In this document: positions 39,093 to 50,462 of the stretch, in pieces
Layout of the letters: every line of letters starts with the position of its first letter
How positions within the stretch are numbered: position 1 is the first letter of the stretch
Virus record (IMG/VR): IMGVR_UViG_3300045988_138661
DNA length: 64,000 bases
DNA from: a virus
Strand: one strand, 5' to 3'
Notes under the pieces: generated by a model
What the model saw: only the letters and a program-made list of their open reading frames with translations
What the model was told of the DNA's origin: nothing
Databases searched by the model: none
Position numbers and translations under genes: made by a program

Positions 39093-39818
39093 TTAATGGA
39101 TATTTTTCATCCAGTTATCCGGCTTATTATCAGGCTTTGCGCCTGCTAATCTAGACCGGATATCAATATCCCAATTAATATAAAGTTGATATCTTTCAAC
39201 AAGGTCATAGAGTTGGAACATTGTTAAATCCATTAAATCCTGTAAAGACATTGAATCAAGACCTATAGTAAGCATTGAAAGATACTAACTAAATATACTA
39301 GCATTAGCCGTGCCGTTTAATTCAGCGACACGTTGTCTACCTCGCATTAATTTATCGGCTATCTTTTTCGCGGCCGCACTTCCAGGATTAAATCCCATTT
39401 CTTGCGAAGCATTAGATTTAAAACAAAATATTTCTTTAATATATTCCTATAATATATTAAAATTGCTTTCGTCAATCATTATTTGTGGGTCACCTTGTAA
39501 AACAATTGACCTAGGGGTAAATAAAACATTTTGCTTTGGAAACAATAATGTAAGAACCTACATAGATGCTTGTTTTTTATCGGCCATCTCTTTTTCTTTC
39601 ATCATTGTCATAAATATCTAAAAATTATTTGTTTCTCTTAAAAGACTTTCGCCCGAATTCTCTATTATGTTTTTATCAATACATAAACACTAAATCCCCA
39701 AGAAAAGATCTTTTTCACCTATAAAAGAAATTTCTTTTATAGATGGCTAATGAATAGTGACTTCTAATTCAGGTATTGGTAAATCAATACCTGTCATTAA
39801 TCCAAGTCTGATATCCAT
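39093..39818 (-). CDS. Hypothetical tail or connector protein, 241 aa, with 7 TAG.
   Basis: Codon-by-codon check from 39276 to 39818: TAG only. ATG 39818-39816 overlaps the TAA of the upstream gene (TAATG). Confidence 0.5.
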
Positions 39819-40399
39819 TACTCTTCAGTTCTTTTTTTAAAATCTTCTATAAATCTTTCCTCGTCATTAGGATTTGGCATAGATTTTTTATCTTCTTCAC
39901 CATGAACTGCCTGATACATAAGACACAAACCCGCATATTCATCAGTTAAAATAATTTGATTTGCTCCAAGAAATTCTAACTTACCAATACCGGTTAAATG
40001 CGTTTTATCTATCATGCTATCAATTTCTGCGGCAATACGATAAGGGCGCAATTGGTAATCTTTTAAATGCCATTGATCAAAATGACAAATAATATCGAAT
40101 TCAATAATATTGTCTCTAAACTCAGGATTTCCACTTTGTGTAAAATTATCAAAATTAATAATTAAATAATTTAATACACTTCCATCAACATAAAGCTTAG
40201 GAATTAATTTAATATTTTTATTAAATAATTGAATCATTTGTTCATCATTTAGATCTGGCTTATCAATAGCATCTTTTGTTGTATAATACAATAATCGCTT
40301 TAATCTCTCATTTTTACAGAGATGTCTTACAATAATTTCTAAATCTTTTTCAACAGAAAGAAAACTTGATTTAGGTAAATTTACACCATTAATTTTCAT
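39818..40399 (-). CDS. Hypothetical structural protein, 193 aa, TAG-free.
   Basis: ORF track. SD ggagtaaaaggtgttATG. TAA stop. Confidence 0.55.
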   Translation of the reverse strand: MKINGVNLPKSSFLSVEKDLEIIVRHLCKNERLKRLLYYTTKDAIDKPDLNDEQMIQLFNKNIKLIPKLYVDGSVLNYLIINFDNFTQSGNPEFRDNIIEFDIICHFDQWHLKDYQLRPYRIAAEIDSMIDKTHLTGIGKLEFLGANQIILTDEYAGLCLMYQAVHGEEDKKSMPNPNDEERFIEDFKKRTEE

Positions 40400-40414
40400 A
40401 ACACCTTTTACTCC

Positions 40415-41479
40415 TTAAAACAATGATTGAACTACAATCGTTTTCTTATAATCTCCATAACATAAATCGAACTATCCACTATATCCAGAAGTCCAACTTA
40501 TTTCAACTGTTGGCTTTTTTGCTTCTTTAATAACTTTTAAAGAAACTGGCAACTTTTTATTATTCTTTATTTTCCATTCTAGAACAACTTCACCATCAAA
40601 ATAATAAGTATAAGTTTTCTTTGGGAAAATAAATGTTTCCCCTATAATATCAGTTGTCGTAGGATTTGGATCAATTGGTTCCGCAATTAAAGAACCAACA
40701 GTCTTATTATCTAAATTATCTTCCTACTCATTAATATAATATTCAGTCGCATTAACTTCTAAAATACCTGGCATACTTATTGAATCTACAGCTTCAACAC
40801 GCCAACAAATTAAATTGTCTCCCTCATCCTAACCATCTAAATAAAATTTAGTATAACGCCTAAAATAACTTAAAGTATCTTTATTTTTTGGCATTAAAAT
40901 ATTTAATGAATAATTAGGATTATCTACACTAATTTCATGTTTCTAAATATAATTAATTTTCGTTTCTACCGGACCGCGGATTGCTGCATAAGTAGATTTT
41001 TTCTCTCCATTATCTACCCAATTTATTTTATAAGAGCATTTTCTAATATCTCCTCTAAAATAAGCCAATTCAGTTAAATCCTAAAGATAACAAATCCAAT
41101 AGGTATTAGTTCCGCACCATTCAAAGATATCTCCCGGTTTAAACTAATACTCATTTCCAACAGACAAAATCTTGTCATCATAATCCTATTTTAATTTATT
41201 GGGATTAATTAAACACCTAATAGGTTTTTTATATTCCGCATCCTATTTAATAATTTCTGCGGCTTGATATGAATTCCATACTGCTCTATCCAAGCTTCTG
41301 CGCTTAGATAAAATCATACGCTCTTGTTGGCGGTTTCCGCCCATTTGACCGAGCCGAACCGCCATATAATTAACGCCTTCAACAGGGCTACCTTCAAAGG
41401 GTGGTTTATCATAAATTCCTAAGCGACCTTGCTATAATCTAAAAGGTTGCTTACTACTATAATCAAACCCTGACGCCAT
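40415..41479 (-). CDS. Structural protein of about 354 aa, with TAG.
   Basis: SD ggagataaattATG at 41479. Hand translation continuous through TAG to TAA at 40417-40415. Confidence 0.4.
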
Positions 41480-41760
41480 AATTTATCTCCTATAAAAGAC
41501 TGATCGTTTCAAATACAGTCTTACGATAAAAATTAAAATCAGTATCTCGATTCTACAATCCCTCAAGTTTATTTAATAACTATAAATAAAGGGGTTCAGC
41601 GTTAAAAATCACACTAAACCCCACAATTTCATTTATAACAGTTTCTAGCTATTTATGCCAATCTTCATTATTTTCGCGCATTGGAATTAATTTCCATAAT
41701 TGATTGGTTAAGCGCAAACAATTTACCTTTATACTCTCTATTGGAATATCAAAATTATAT

Positions 41761-42333
41761 TTAGTAATCATATCGACTTTTAAACACATCCCAATTAGAT
41801 TCATACTCACCTTTGTCATTTAGACGTCTGCGTTTATATAAACGCTACATATGGTGAGATTGTCTTTGGCATTCACTTAACAAACTTAACAGCTTTGATA
41901 GATGATTTGCCTAAGAAGTAAATTTAAAATCAGAGCCACTATATTTCATTCGAGTATTCTCAATTGAAGTGACTTGCCTTTGCGTCCAACCGCACATCAT
42001 TAAAATAGCTAAAATATTAATTTCTTCTTCAGTTAGATCACAATTAAAACTAGATCTATCAACTAAAACTTGAGGTTCTTCACCCGGTTCTGGAAGTTCT
42101 CCCCATACCGTTCCTACAATAAAATCATCCGGCATAGCATCAGATTCATTAATAGTAGCAACATCTAAATTATAATCTAAAAGATTTTTTCGCGGAAATT
42201 CAAATCCAGGAATAGCATCTATTATAAGATTCTATAAATCTCTTAAAGTATCTTCAGGAGTCAACTCCAGATACATGTCATCAGTAACCTTGTTTAGAAA
42301 GCGATTATAAACAGCTGAGAATAATGTTCCCAC
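41761..42333 (-). CDS. Hypothetical protein of about 190 aa, GTG start, two TAG.
   Basis: SD taggagggcgattaaGTG. Includes ORF 41911..42135. TAA at 41763-41761. Confidence 0.45.
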
Positions 42334-42352
42334 TTAATCGCCCTCCTATAAA

Positions 42353-42946
42353 TTATTTCTTGGAGGAAGTTTCCTCGGTTTTATTAATTACTTTATATCC
42401 AGAACCGCTTGTGCGACGACCTTGAGTAGTAGGTTCTTCTCTTACTACACGGCGCTTAGCTGCTGGTTCTTTCTCTACAATAGTATCTTCTTCTTTACTA
42501 GCGATATCATTAGCAATAGCTTTATCAACATCAAACCCAGTTTTTTCCTTCAAAGCTCTACGCTTATTAATATCAGTAATAGGAAGGCTAACAGATAAAT
42601 TCTTGATTAAGTCAATAATTCCAATAGGAGCAAAATCAAGAGCATCTAAGAAAGCATCTAATGAGCCATTAAGAATTAAATCAGCAACTTGTTGCTCTGA
42701 CATATTATATTCAGGTTCAGTATGAACATTAAGAGTATGAGTTACTTCTGGCTCTAAAATTTGTAAAAAATTAGCAATCAATTCGCGGCCGCCTGCCTGA
42801 TAAGTTAACTTCTCTAACTCACCAAATGGAATACGTTTAGTTTCACCGGGCGCAAATTCACGACGCAAATTAGTATCAGGAATAGTATAAACAACTACGC
42901 TAGTGCTTCTATTTTTTACATTATAAATATCTTCATTATTAATCAT
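42353..42946 (-). CDS. Hypothetical head or connector protein, 197 aa, TAG-free.
   Basis: ORF track. SD aaaaggagaaattgaATG. TAA stop. Confidence 0.55.
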   Translation of the reverse strand: MINNEDIYNVKNRSTSVVVYTIPDTNLRREFAPGETKRIPFGELEKLTYQAGGRELIANFLQILEPEVTHTLNVHTEPEYNMSEQQVADLILNGSLDAFLDALDFAPIGIIDLIKNLSVSLPITDINKRRALKEKTGFDVDKAIANDIASKEEDTIVEKEPAAKRRVVREEPTTQGRRTSGSGYKVINKTEETSSKK

Positions 42947-42974
42947 TATTCAATTTCTCCTTTTACTCATAAAA

Positions 42975-43020
42975 CAAAAATATGGGGAGAGGGAGTTTAA
43001 TCCCTTCTCCCCATGGAATA
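42975..43020 (-). terminator. Strong intrinsic terminator after the major capsid gene.
   Basis: ccatggggagaagggattaaactccctctccccatatttttgtttt on the minus strand. Confidence 0.65.
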
Positions 43021-43032
43021 ATTTATATTAAA

Positions 43033-44139
43033 TTAGACATTGCCATCAAGACGGCCATCATAAGTGACAACCTTACCGGTGACTCCATCATAATTCCAAG
43101 TATACATCTGACCGAGAAGTGAAGTATCAACATAGGCACAGATGTTATTAGCAAGCATACAAACTACGCCAACCTTCTTGTAAACCTGAATCTCACGAGA
43201 ACGATCATAATTGTTAAACTCGTCAACAATAGTGCCGCCTTCGAAAGCAATCTTTACAGGCTTACCATCAGCGCCCGTAGGAATAACCCAAGCATAACCA
43301 GGATCAATAACCTTACGAGTATTGGTTTCATCTTCAAAGCCCTGCTCAAGAATAATAACCTTAGTGCCCTTGTAAGTAGCAAGACGACCATTATTCCAAA
43401 GCTCGTTCTTCATAGCTTCAGTATATCTCCAAGCCTCATGAGGAATCATCTTAACAGCGAACTCATAAGTGCAATAAATAGTAGGAGTACCATAAGCAGA
43501 AGCAATAGTAATCAAACGATCCATAGCCGCTTCATCAAATCCGGCAGCCGCAACGCGGTTAGCAGGAGGAAGTTGATTGATAGAAGATCTAAGAGCAGCA
43601 GCAACTTCTTTATAAATAAGTTCATCCATACCATCCATGATGATCTTGGTTACTTCACCAAAATCAACACGACCATCAAGGAACTCTTCGAAGCCAATCT
43701 GAGCAGCTCCGCCGATAGCGCTAGTACGTACCTCGAAGGCTTCATTCTCTTTAGGTCCGAGCTTGAAGACTTCATAAATACCAGCAAGACCAACGCGAGT
43801 TACAAACTGTTTAGCACGAGCACGATTATTAAGAGGACGACGGAAGACAGGCTTATCACCCTGAGCGAAAGTCTTAACCTCAGCAAACTGATCATATTGC
43901 TGAATAACTTTCTTAGGAAGAACCTCATCAAGAGTCTCCTCAATCATAGAGAAAATAAGATTCTTATTTTCACGATAAAGAGCGTAAGTACCAGCCAACT
44001 CATTCATTTCATTACGAAGAGTTTCATTTAAGGCTTCATAACTAAGATTTTTTCCCTCATAACTATAAGCAACAGGAGCAGAAGGATCAGCCTTAGCAAC
44101 TTGCTTCATAAGAGCAACTAAATTATTTTTATCTAACAT
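43033..44139 (-). CDS. Putative major capsid protein, 368 aa, TAG-free and with higher GC than neighbours.
   Basis: Intact ORF. SD aaaggagaaaaggataATG. Sits downstream of scaffold and decoration-like genes and before a strong terminator. Confidence 0.55.
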   Translation of the reverse strand: MLDKNNLVALMKQVAKADPSAPVAYSYEGKNLSYEALNETLRNEMNELAGTYALYRENKNLIFSMIEETLDEVLPKKVIQQYDQFAEVKTFAQGDKPVFRRPLNNRARAKQFVTRVGLAGIYEVFKLGPKENEAFEVRTSAIGGAAQIGFEEFLDGRVDFGEVTKIIMDGMDELIYKEVAAALRSSINQLPPANRVAAAGFDEAAMDRLITIASAYGTPTIYCTYEFAVKMIPHEAWRYTEAMKNELWNNGRLATYKGTKVIILEQGFEDETNTRKVIDPGYAWVIPTGADGKPVKIAFEGGTIVDEFNNYDRSREIQVYKKVGVVCMLANNICAYVDTSLLGQMYTWNYDGVTGKVVTYDGRLDGNV

Positions 44140-44156
44140 TATCCTTTTCTCCTTTC

Positions 44157-45074
44157 TTACTTAATACGCATTACCTTGACGCCCTTTTGACCATCAGGCA
44201 TAGTATAAACTTTAACAACCTGCCAGATCATTGAATCGTCACCAGTTTTGCTAAGAATACCCTTTGTAGCAGCAGAAGGAGAAAGTTTATCTCCAACAGC
44301 AAGAGTCTCTTCATTAATCATATTAGTAGTGTAAAGATCACCAATCATGGTCTTAAATACACGAGGAACCATAGAAGTGCCAGATTCCATGAACTTCTCA
44401 TGATAGATACCTAACTTATGATATGGATCATTGGTCCAATTTGCTTCATATATATCAGGAACATCAGTAAGAAGTTTATCATAGTAATACTTTACAGGAA
44501 CATTAGCAACCTGATGATTACTATCAAGAGTATATTCATTACCATCATAAGTAAACTTGCCAGTTTCATCAACATCATAAACACGGCCAGCAATAGTAAC
44601 AGTCTTTAAACCCTGATCAGCGGAAACGGTCTGATTGATCAATTTATAAGTTTGACCCTTATCATCAACGCCGTTCCAGAAACGACCACCATATTCAACC
44701 TCGGTATGCTCCCAATCATAAGGGCTATAAACACGAGCCTGATAGTCATCCTTAAGCATAGCAAATTCGCAATCCCACTGCTTACTGCCATCAGAATGAT
44801 CACGATAAAGCTTAATCTCGTTATAAACGAGCATCCATTCACCTTCGCCAGTAAAGTTGACTTCGCCGATACCATTACCATTAGCAGCATAGTCATACTT
44901 TACAAACTGACCGTTTTCAAGAATCTCAATGTCTTTATTGGCGGGAAGTTGAGCATAGATTTGAGCATTTCTTTGTGCGGAAAGGTGATTAGGCTCGACC
45001 TGACCGTAACCAAACTCAACATACTTTGCCTGAGACTTAATAGGAAGATTCTTATTCAAAAAGTCTTTAAACAT
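44157..45074 (-). CDS. Capsid-associated protein, possibly decoration, 305 aa, TAG-free.
   Basis: Intact ORF. SD taaggaggacatactaaATG. Confidence 0.45.
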   Translation of the reverse strand: MFKDFLNKNLPIKSQAKYVEFGYGQVEPNHLSAQRNAQIYAQLPANKDIEILENGQFVKYDYAANGNGIGEVNFTGEGEWMLVYNEIKLYRDHSDGSKQWDCEFAMLKDDYQARVYSPYDWEHTEVEYGGRFWNGVDDKGQTYKLINQTVSADQGLKTVTIAGRVYDVDETGKFTYDGNEYTLDSNHQVANVPVKYYYDKLLTDVPDIYEANWTNDPYHKLGIYHEKFMESGTSMVPRVFKTMIGDLYTTNMINEETLAVGDKLSPSAATKGILSKTGDDSMIWQVVKVYTMPDGQKGVKVMRIK

Positions 45075-45091
45075 TTAGTATGTCCTCCTTA

Positions 45092-46138
45092 TTAATTTTT
45101 GTTGGCGGTAGCAAAAGCCGCCTTCACCCAAGCGGGCATATCATCATCTTCTGAACCATTATTGTTCAAATTAAAAGTAGTAGCACCATTGGGCTTATTA
45201 TTTTCGTCAAGGTCGAAACTCACCTTGTTGCGAACACAAATAACAGATAATTTAGCTTCAATATCATCAAGAGAATATTTATCAATATTTTTAACAACAT
45301 CAGCCTTATCTTCATCAGAAAGCATATAGAATTTAGCAATCATATCTTCTTTATCTTTCTTCTCAGCAGCATTTTTAAATTCAGCAAGTGGAGCAATTTG
45401 CTCTTTCAAGCTATTATTTTCAGTTTCAAGAGCCGCGAATTTAGTCTGTAATTCATCATACTGAGCTTTAAGTTCAGTATATTCAACGACATCTTCAAGA
45501 GAATAATTTTTCTTTTTCTTTTTATCATCGTCATCATTCTCGCCTTTGTCGCCTTTGTCAGACTTATTAGAGGGTTCTCCATTATCAGGATTCTTCTTAT
45601 TATCATTGCCCTCTGATTTATTATCAGGGTTTTGGCCATTAGATTTATTATTTTTGTCCTCTTCCTCAGCCTTTTTCTTTGAAGCATAATTAGTCTCAAA
45701 AGCTTCAATATCAGCAAGAGCAAACTGAGGCTCTGCTGCCGGAGTATAAGACTTAGTTACTTCAGTTAAAGCGTCAGAAGGAACAAAGCCTTCTGCATCG
45801 GTAAGAGAAAAGTCCATGCGATAATATTTTTGATCTTGTCTATTTTGAAGAATAGCAAACTTTTGTCCAGCATCTTCATAAACGCCTTCAATGCGATAAA
45901 TAGAACAATAACTACTAGGCTCGCCAGGATACTTAGTCTCAATATAAGACCAGAGAGAATTCCACAAACTATCGCCAATTTCAACAGCATATTGTGTAAA
46001 CACTTTGGGTCCTCCTTCTTTCATAAATTCTTTAAGTTCATTCATCATGGAGAACAAAGTGTTCTTAAAACCATCATCGAATGAAAAATTCACATTGATT
46101 TGGGAGCCTTCGAAACAAGGTTCATTTTCTTCTCCCAA
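45092..46138 (-). CDS. Scaffold-like protein with a highly charged Lys/Asp/Asn/Glu low-complexity region and a coiled-coil C-terminus, 348 aa.
   Basis: ORF track. Composition (NNKSNGQNPDNKSEGNDNKKNPDNGEPSNKSDKGDKGENDDDDKKKKK; LKAQYDELQTKFAALETENNSLKEQ). Start uncertain: TTG 46138 or downstream ATG. Confidence 0.45.
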   Translation of the reverse strand: MGEENEPCFEGSQINVNFSFDDGFKNTLFSMMNELKEFMKEGGPKVFTQYAVEIGDSLWNSLWSYIETKYPGEPSSYCSIYRIEGVYEDAGQKFAILQNRQDQKYYRMDFSLTDAEGFVPSDALTEVTKSYTPAAEPQFALADIEAFETNYASKKKAEEEDKNNKSNGQNPDNKSEGNDNKKNPDNGEPSNKSDKGDKGENDDDDKKKKKNYSLEDVVEYTELKAQYDELQTKFAALETENNSLKEQIAPLAEFKNAAEKKDKEDMIAKFYMLSDEDKADVVKNIDKYSLDDIEAKLSVICVRNKVSFDLDENNKPNGATTFNLNNNGSEDDDMPAWVKAAFATANKN

Positions 46139-46168
46139 AATACAAAGTTTAGAAATAATTGCCTTATT

Positions 46169-46681
46169 TATAATAAAAAACTAAGGCTTTCCATTACTAT
46201 CTTTTGCCCACGTAGCATTTAATGTTTTTTCATCAAGCTCCATAGAATGATTATTCCCTTTATCAACTACACGTTTACATTCAGGATACTAACCAGTCCA
46301 CAAATAACCTTCAGTCATTAAATATTCACGTTCGACAACACCATCATCCAAAAATTTCTAGAACCAAACTTTAGCTCCAAGATCAACAAAACCATAAGGG
46401 CGAGTATTATCTCTCATTCTAAATTCGCCATTAGATAATTCAATTATCCTATTATGTTCTTCAAAATCTTCGGTATTTTCGTTAAAAAAGCCAACAATAG
46501 GACTGCCTGGAAGACTATTAGCCATCTCAGTCGCTACATCTTTAGTGATTACGCTTTTATTACGATTAGGCTTATCATCTACATAGCAAACCTTAATTTG
46601 GCATTTAGAAATTAAAGGATTTACAGGAGTTATATTTATAAACTCACAAGGTGTATTTAATTTAATACTTGTATGTTTCAT
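46169..46681 (-). CDS. Head morphogenesis protein, 170 aa, with two TAG.
   Basis: SD ataaggaggatttATG. ORF 46358..46681 continues through TAG to TAA at 46171-46169. Confidence 0.45.
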
Positions 46682-46690
46682 AAATCCTCC

Positions 46691-48334
46691 TTATTTCATT
46701 GCTTCTTTATTTTGAATAGTTTTTTCACTTTTCTAATCATCAGGTTTTTCCGGACGTCCTGCTTCGCCATTAGAAACTTTAGCAGTTCCAGAACCTGAGC
46801 TTCCTGAATTATTTTGAGTTTTATTATTAGATGATGAACCTTTTAAACCCAAAATATCTTCACTACCCATAGTAGAACTCATAAGAGGAGGAATCATAAT
46901 TTCACTTAAATGTAAAATCTCATTTTCAAAATGAGCTGCATTAAGAATAAAACTCTATGAATGTCCAAGAGCAATCTAAGACAATAGTTTTGATTGTCCC
47001 ATTTGCGCTTGTTCTTTATACATTTTAGAAAGTGTTTGATAATTATTCTGAGTAGTTTCTAATAAATAAAATCTAAAATTATATTTCTTATTACTACTCT
47101 TTTTTTCAATAATTCTATTAAAGAATATATTAAACTATAAAATTAAACTTCTTATTGTAGATTCATCATTTAATACTGATTTTTCTAAAGCCATATTGCC
47201 ATCAGTATTAAACAAATTCTATGAAATACCTAATGAATTATAAACACTACGTTCAACTTTAGCTAAATCATCTGTCGTTGTAGTAGTATTTTTATCAGAC
47301 ATATCAATAGAATCTACATCAGTAAATGTAGTTAAAACATCTACTCCAATAGCCCTCTATAACATCTAAACGGCATTATTATGGATATCTCTGGCTTCAT
47401 CAACATCAAATATCAAATCACCATTTTTATCCATTGGGAGCTTTTGGACTAAAATTTTAAGCAACTTCTACATTTGTTTCTTGCGGTCAAGATCTTGCGC
47501 TGCATCTAAATCCATAATAGTAGGAATGGAATTTACAAAAATAGGAACATCACTATTATTAATATTAAATTTAATACAATTTTCTGGCTCAAGAACATAC
47601 CAACTACCAGTATGCTAGCATCCAACCGCATCTTCTAAAGCAAGTTTTCCTTGCTTATATAAAACATAACCTTTAGCAAATTCTTCTGGGAATAATTTTA
47701 ATACTTTTAAGCGATAATTCATATCTTTAAAAGTATCAAAAAATCGCATATCAAATTCGACAACTGGGATATTATTTACACTATAACGTGTTCTACAATA
47801 TCTAACTGGCAATTCTTGTAAAATTAGATTTTTCTCTGAAGGAACTATATATCCATAATAGCATCCATTTTTAACAACTTGCAAAGCAATATCTCCACAA
47901 ATCTTTTTAATATAACTATTATCAAAATAATTCAACATTCTATAAAAATCTTTTAAAACTTTTTCTTCTTTTACATTATCATCATAAGTTTCGGCTGCAA
48001 TATACCAATCATAGCGGTATAAAAAAGCAACATAATTACAAACTCGTTGATATACACCACTTATATCATAATAAAAATTAGAAATGTATCGCAAAGTATT
48101 TAAATCTCTTTCTGCGAGTGCGCGAAGCACATCAGGTTTCGTAATAATACGATTTTGACCTGGGTATCTAATCTTACTATAATCACCAAGTTTTAAAATA
48201 GCATCATCTAAAGTTTTTGTGCCAACTTTTATTTTTCTATTGGCATAATCCGTAGCATCATTATAATTATATTCACAACGACCATTATAAATATCAAAAC
48301 CTTTAGCATGAATCTAATCATTACGATCTTGCGT
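46691..48334 (-). CDS. Putative portal protein of about 547 aa, with TAG and a TTG start.
   Basis: Position between terminase and scaffold. SD taaaggaggtggaacTTTG. Contains ORF 47615..48130 in frame (LRALAERDLNTLRYIS...). TAA at 46693-46691. Confidence 0.5.
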
Positions 48335-48353
48335 ATCCAAAGTTCCACCTCCT

Positions 48354-48710
48354 TTAATAACCTGCTAATTTCATTATATAATCATAAGAAATAAGGTTTT
48401 CGTCGGTATATGGAATCTCTATTAATCTAAAATCATGTAAAGCGCAAAAACGTCTTTTTTGATTATCATTATATTGCTACTGGTATAAACCGCGTTTTCC
48501 GCCAAATTTAGAACTGGCTTCATAATGCTATTTTCCCTAATACTCAATAATGAAATCAATTTTTCCATCATCATCAAATATAACAAAATCAAAACGAAGC
48601 GGACGCCCGCTGGGGCTTTTTAAATCTGGAAAGATATATTCCATTTTAAAAGGTAGTCCTGCTTCTTCTAAGATTTCTTCAATTTTAATTTCTCCTCTTG
48701 AAGCACGCAT
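48354..48710 (-). CDS. Small PD-(D/E)xK-type nuclease-like protein, 118 aa, with TAG (LRFDFVIFDDDGKIDFIIEY-TAG-GK-TAG-HYEAS...). Candidate free-standing homing-endonuclease-like insert.
   Basis: SD taaattaaggagggtggaaaATG directly after the terminase stop. Motif resembles the core of Vsr/DUF559-type endonucleases. Confidence 0.45.
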
Positions 48711-48722
48711 TTTCCACCCTCC

Positions 48723-50462
48723 TTAATTTAAAAAGCACCAATCAGCTGCATTAAACTTTTTACGTTTTTTCTTTTTATCTTCTTCAAGTTTTAAATAATA
48801 TAATCCATATTCAAAAGCCGAAAATTTATCTTTACGAATTCCGCGATTTGCTTGTTTTAGAATAATATTAATACCTTCATTTTCTTCGCGTAAATTCATC
48901 ATTTCTTCTTTTAATATGGAGGTTAAAGTAAATGGTTTTAAATAATCTGCCCTTTGTTCAGGAGTCATTTTTGAACCTTTTTGAGTAGCTAATAATTTTT
49001 CTTTAGCCGTTCTCTCATCTATTAAGAATTTTACCTTACCCGCTTGTAATTGAGTCTGAGCATTAGCATGACATTCAGTATTTATTGGAGCATTTGCTTT
49101 AATAACATACATAGCATCAAATTGAGTATTTGGTGTGCGATATTTTTTATAATATCCATCATCATCATTCTCAACGCCAAAATCAGGTAAAAATTCACCA
49201 TCTTCATCATTTTGAGATTTTACCATATAATCTAAAAGCCCAATACCTAAACCATTACCGTCTATAACTAAAGTTTTAGCTTTATATTTATAAAATAATT
49301 TCTTTAATTTAATAGCCTAATCTTCAAAATGATCATCTGACATAGTATACATATTTACTAATGATTTAATAGCTGGACCTTGAGCTTGTGGTGTTACTTT
49401 AAATACACAAACTACTGAATCGCATCCCTTACGGCCTACATCTACAGAAAGCACATAATAAGCTTGCGCGCCCGCACGTCCAGAAGCTTCATACTCAGGC
49501 TATAATAATTTTCTATTTCTATCAAAATGCTCTCCATTAAAGAAAGCATCTTCAACAGTTCCTGACCACTTAGATTCATATTCACGCTCAAATGAGGCCT
49601 CGTTATAAGTTCCTTCATTCTTTTGGTCAGTAATAAATGTCTTACTTTGTAATCCTACCGCAACAGGAGTTCGCCATGTTCCGCCTAATACCATACAACG
49701 ATCGGGCTAAGTTACCATACGAACTAAGAAACCAATAAGTCTATCATAAGGGAACGTGCCCTTATAACCAGCAGTAGTAATATAGATTTGTGATTTATTT
49801 AATGGCTCTTGCTCATTGGTAGTGCCATCTTTAGCTCTACGGGAAATTGCCATAACAGGAATAATAACTTCACGAAGGATGGCATCATCAATACCAACAC
49901 ACTCTTCCATTAGTCCACCATGACGACGCTGACCACGAGTGCTTTCACGAGCTGCGAGGTTATCTAAAACTGAACCATTTTTAAATACATATCTAACTTT
50001 ATCTTTTCCTTCAAGAGTTTTTCCTCGGCTCCAATCAATTTCTCGATTAAAACTTGGAATAAGTTCACATATTTCTTGAACTTTATCATGAAGAATACTA
50101 GCACCTTGTTCTTTACCTCCAGAAGTAACGAATAGATGCGCACCAGGATACAAAATACATCTAATCATTAATGCCATAACAGACAAAAATGATTTAGAAT
50201 AAGCACGAGGAAAAACCGCGTAAACATACTAATAACGCATAACAGAACGGAGAAATACTCTCTAATAAAAATAAAAATTAAATTCTCCATCTTTTATTTC
50301 AGTGCGTCTTCCTCGCACCATAAAATCTACAAATAAATCAGGATATTCTCTCCAAAAAGCAACGTATTTTCGGATGATGGGCATTACCGCCTCTACTCGC
50401 TCCGGTGATAAACCTATTTTTCTACGGCTATCACTTAACTACAGTAAATCTTGTAATGCCAT
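48723..50462 (-). CDS. terL: Terminase large subunit of about 579 aa, with TAG.
   Basis: Three ORF pieces (48723..49226, 49500..49694, 49707..50186) share one frame. Upstream extension was hand-translated to ATG 50462. Terminase-like segments (LFVTSGGKEQGAS; nuclease region ASFEREYESKW). TAA stop at 48725-48723. Confidence 0.65.

Noticed and set aside
43438-44031. Plus-strand 197-aa ORF antisense to the major capsid gene.
   Set aside because: Lies entirely within a well-supported minus-strand gene. No promoter or RBS. Low-complexity Ser/Asn-rich translation typical of an antisense frame.
44418-46084. Several overlapping ORFs on both strands (44418..44609 +, 44639..44896 -, 44652..45095 +, 45099..45329 +, 45406..45723 -, 45766..45990 -, 45830..46084 +).
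   Set aside because: Alternative frames of the decoration and scaffold genes, with hydrophobic or low-complexity products and no translation signals.
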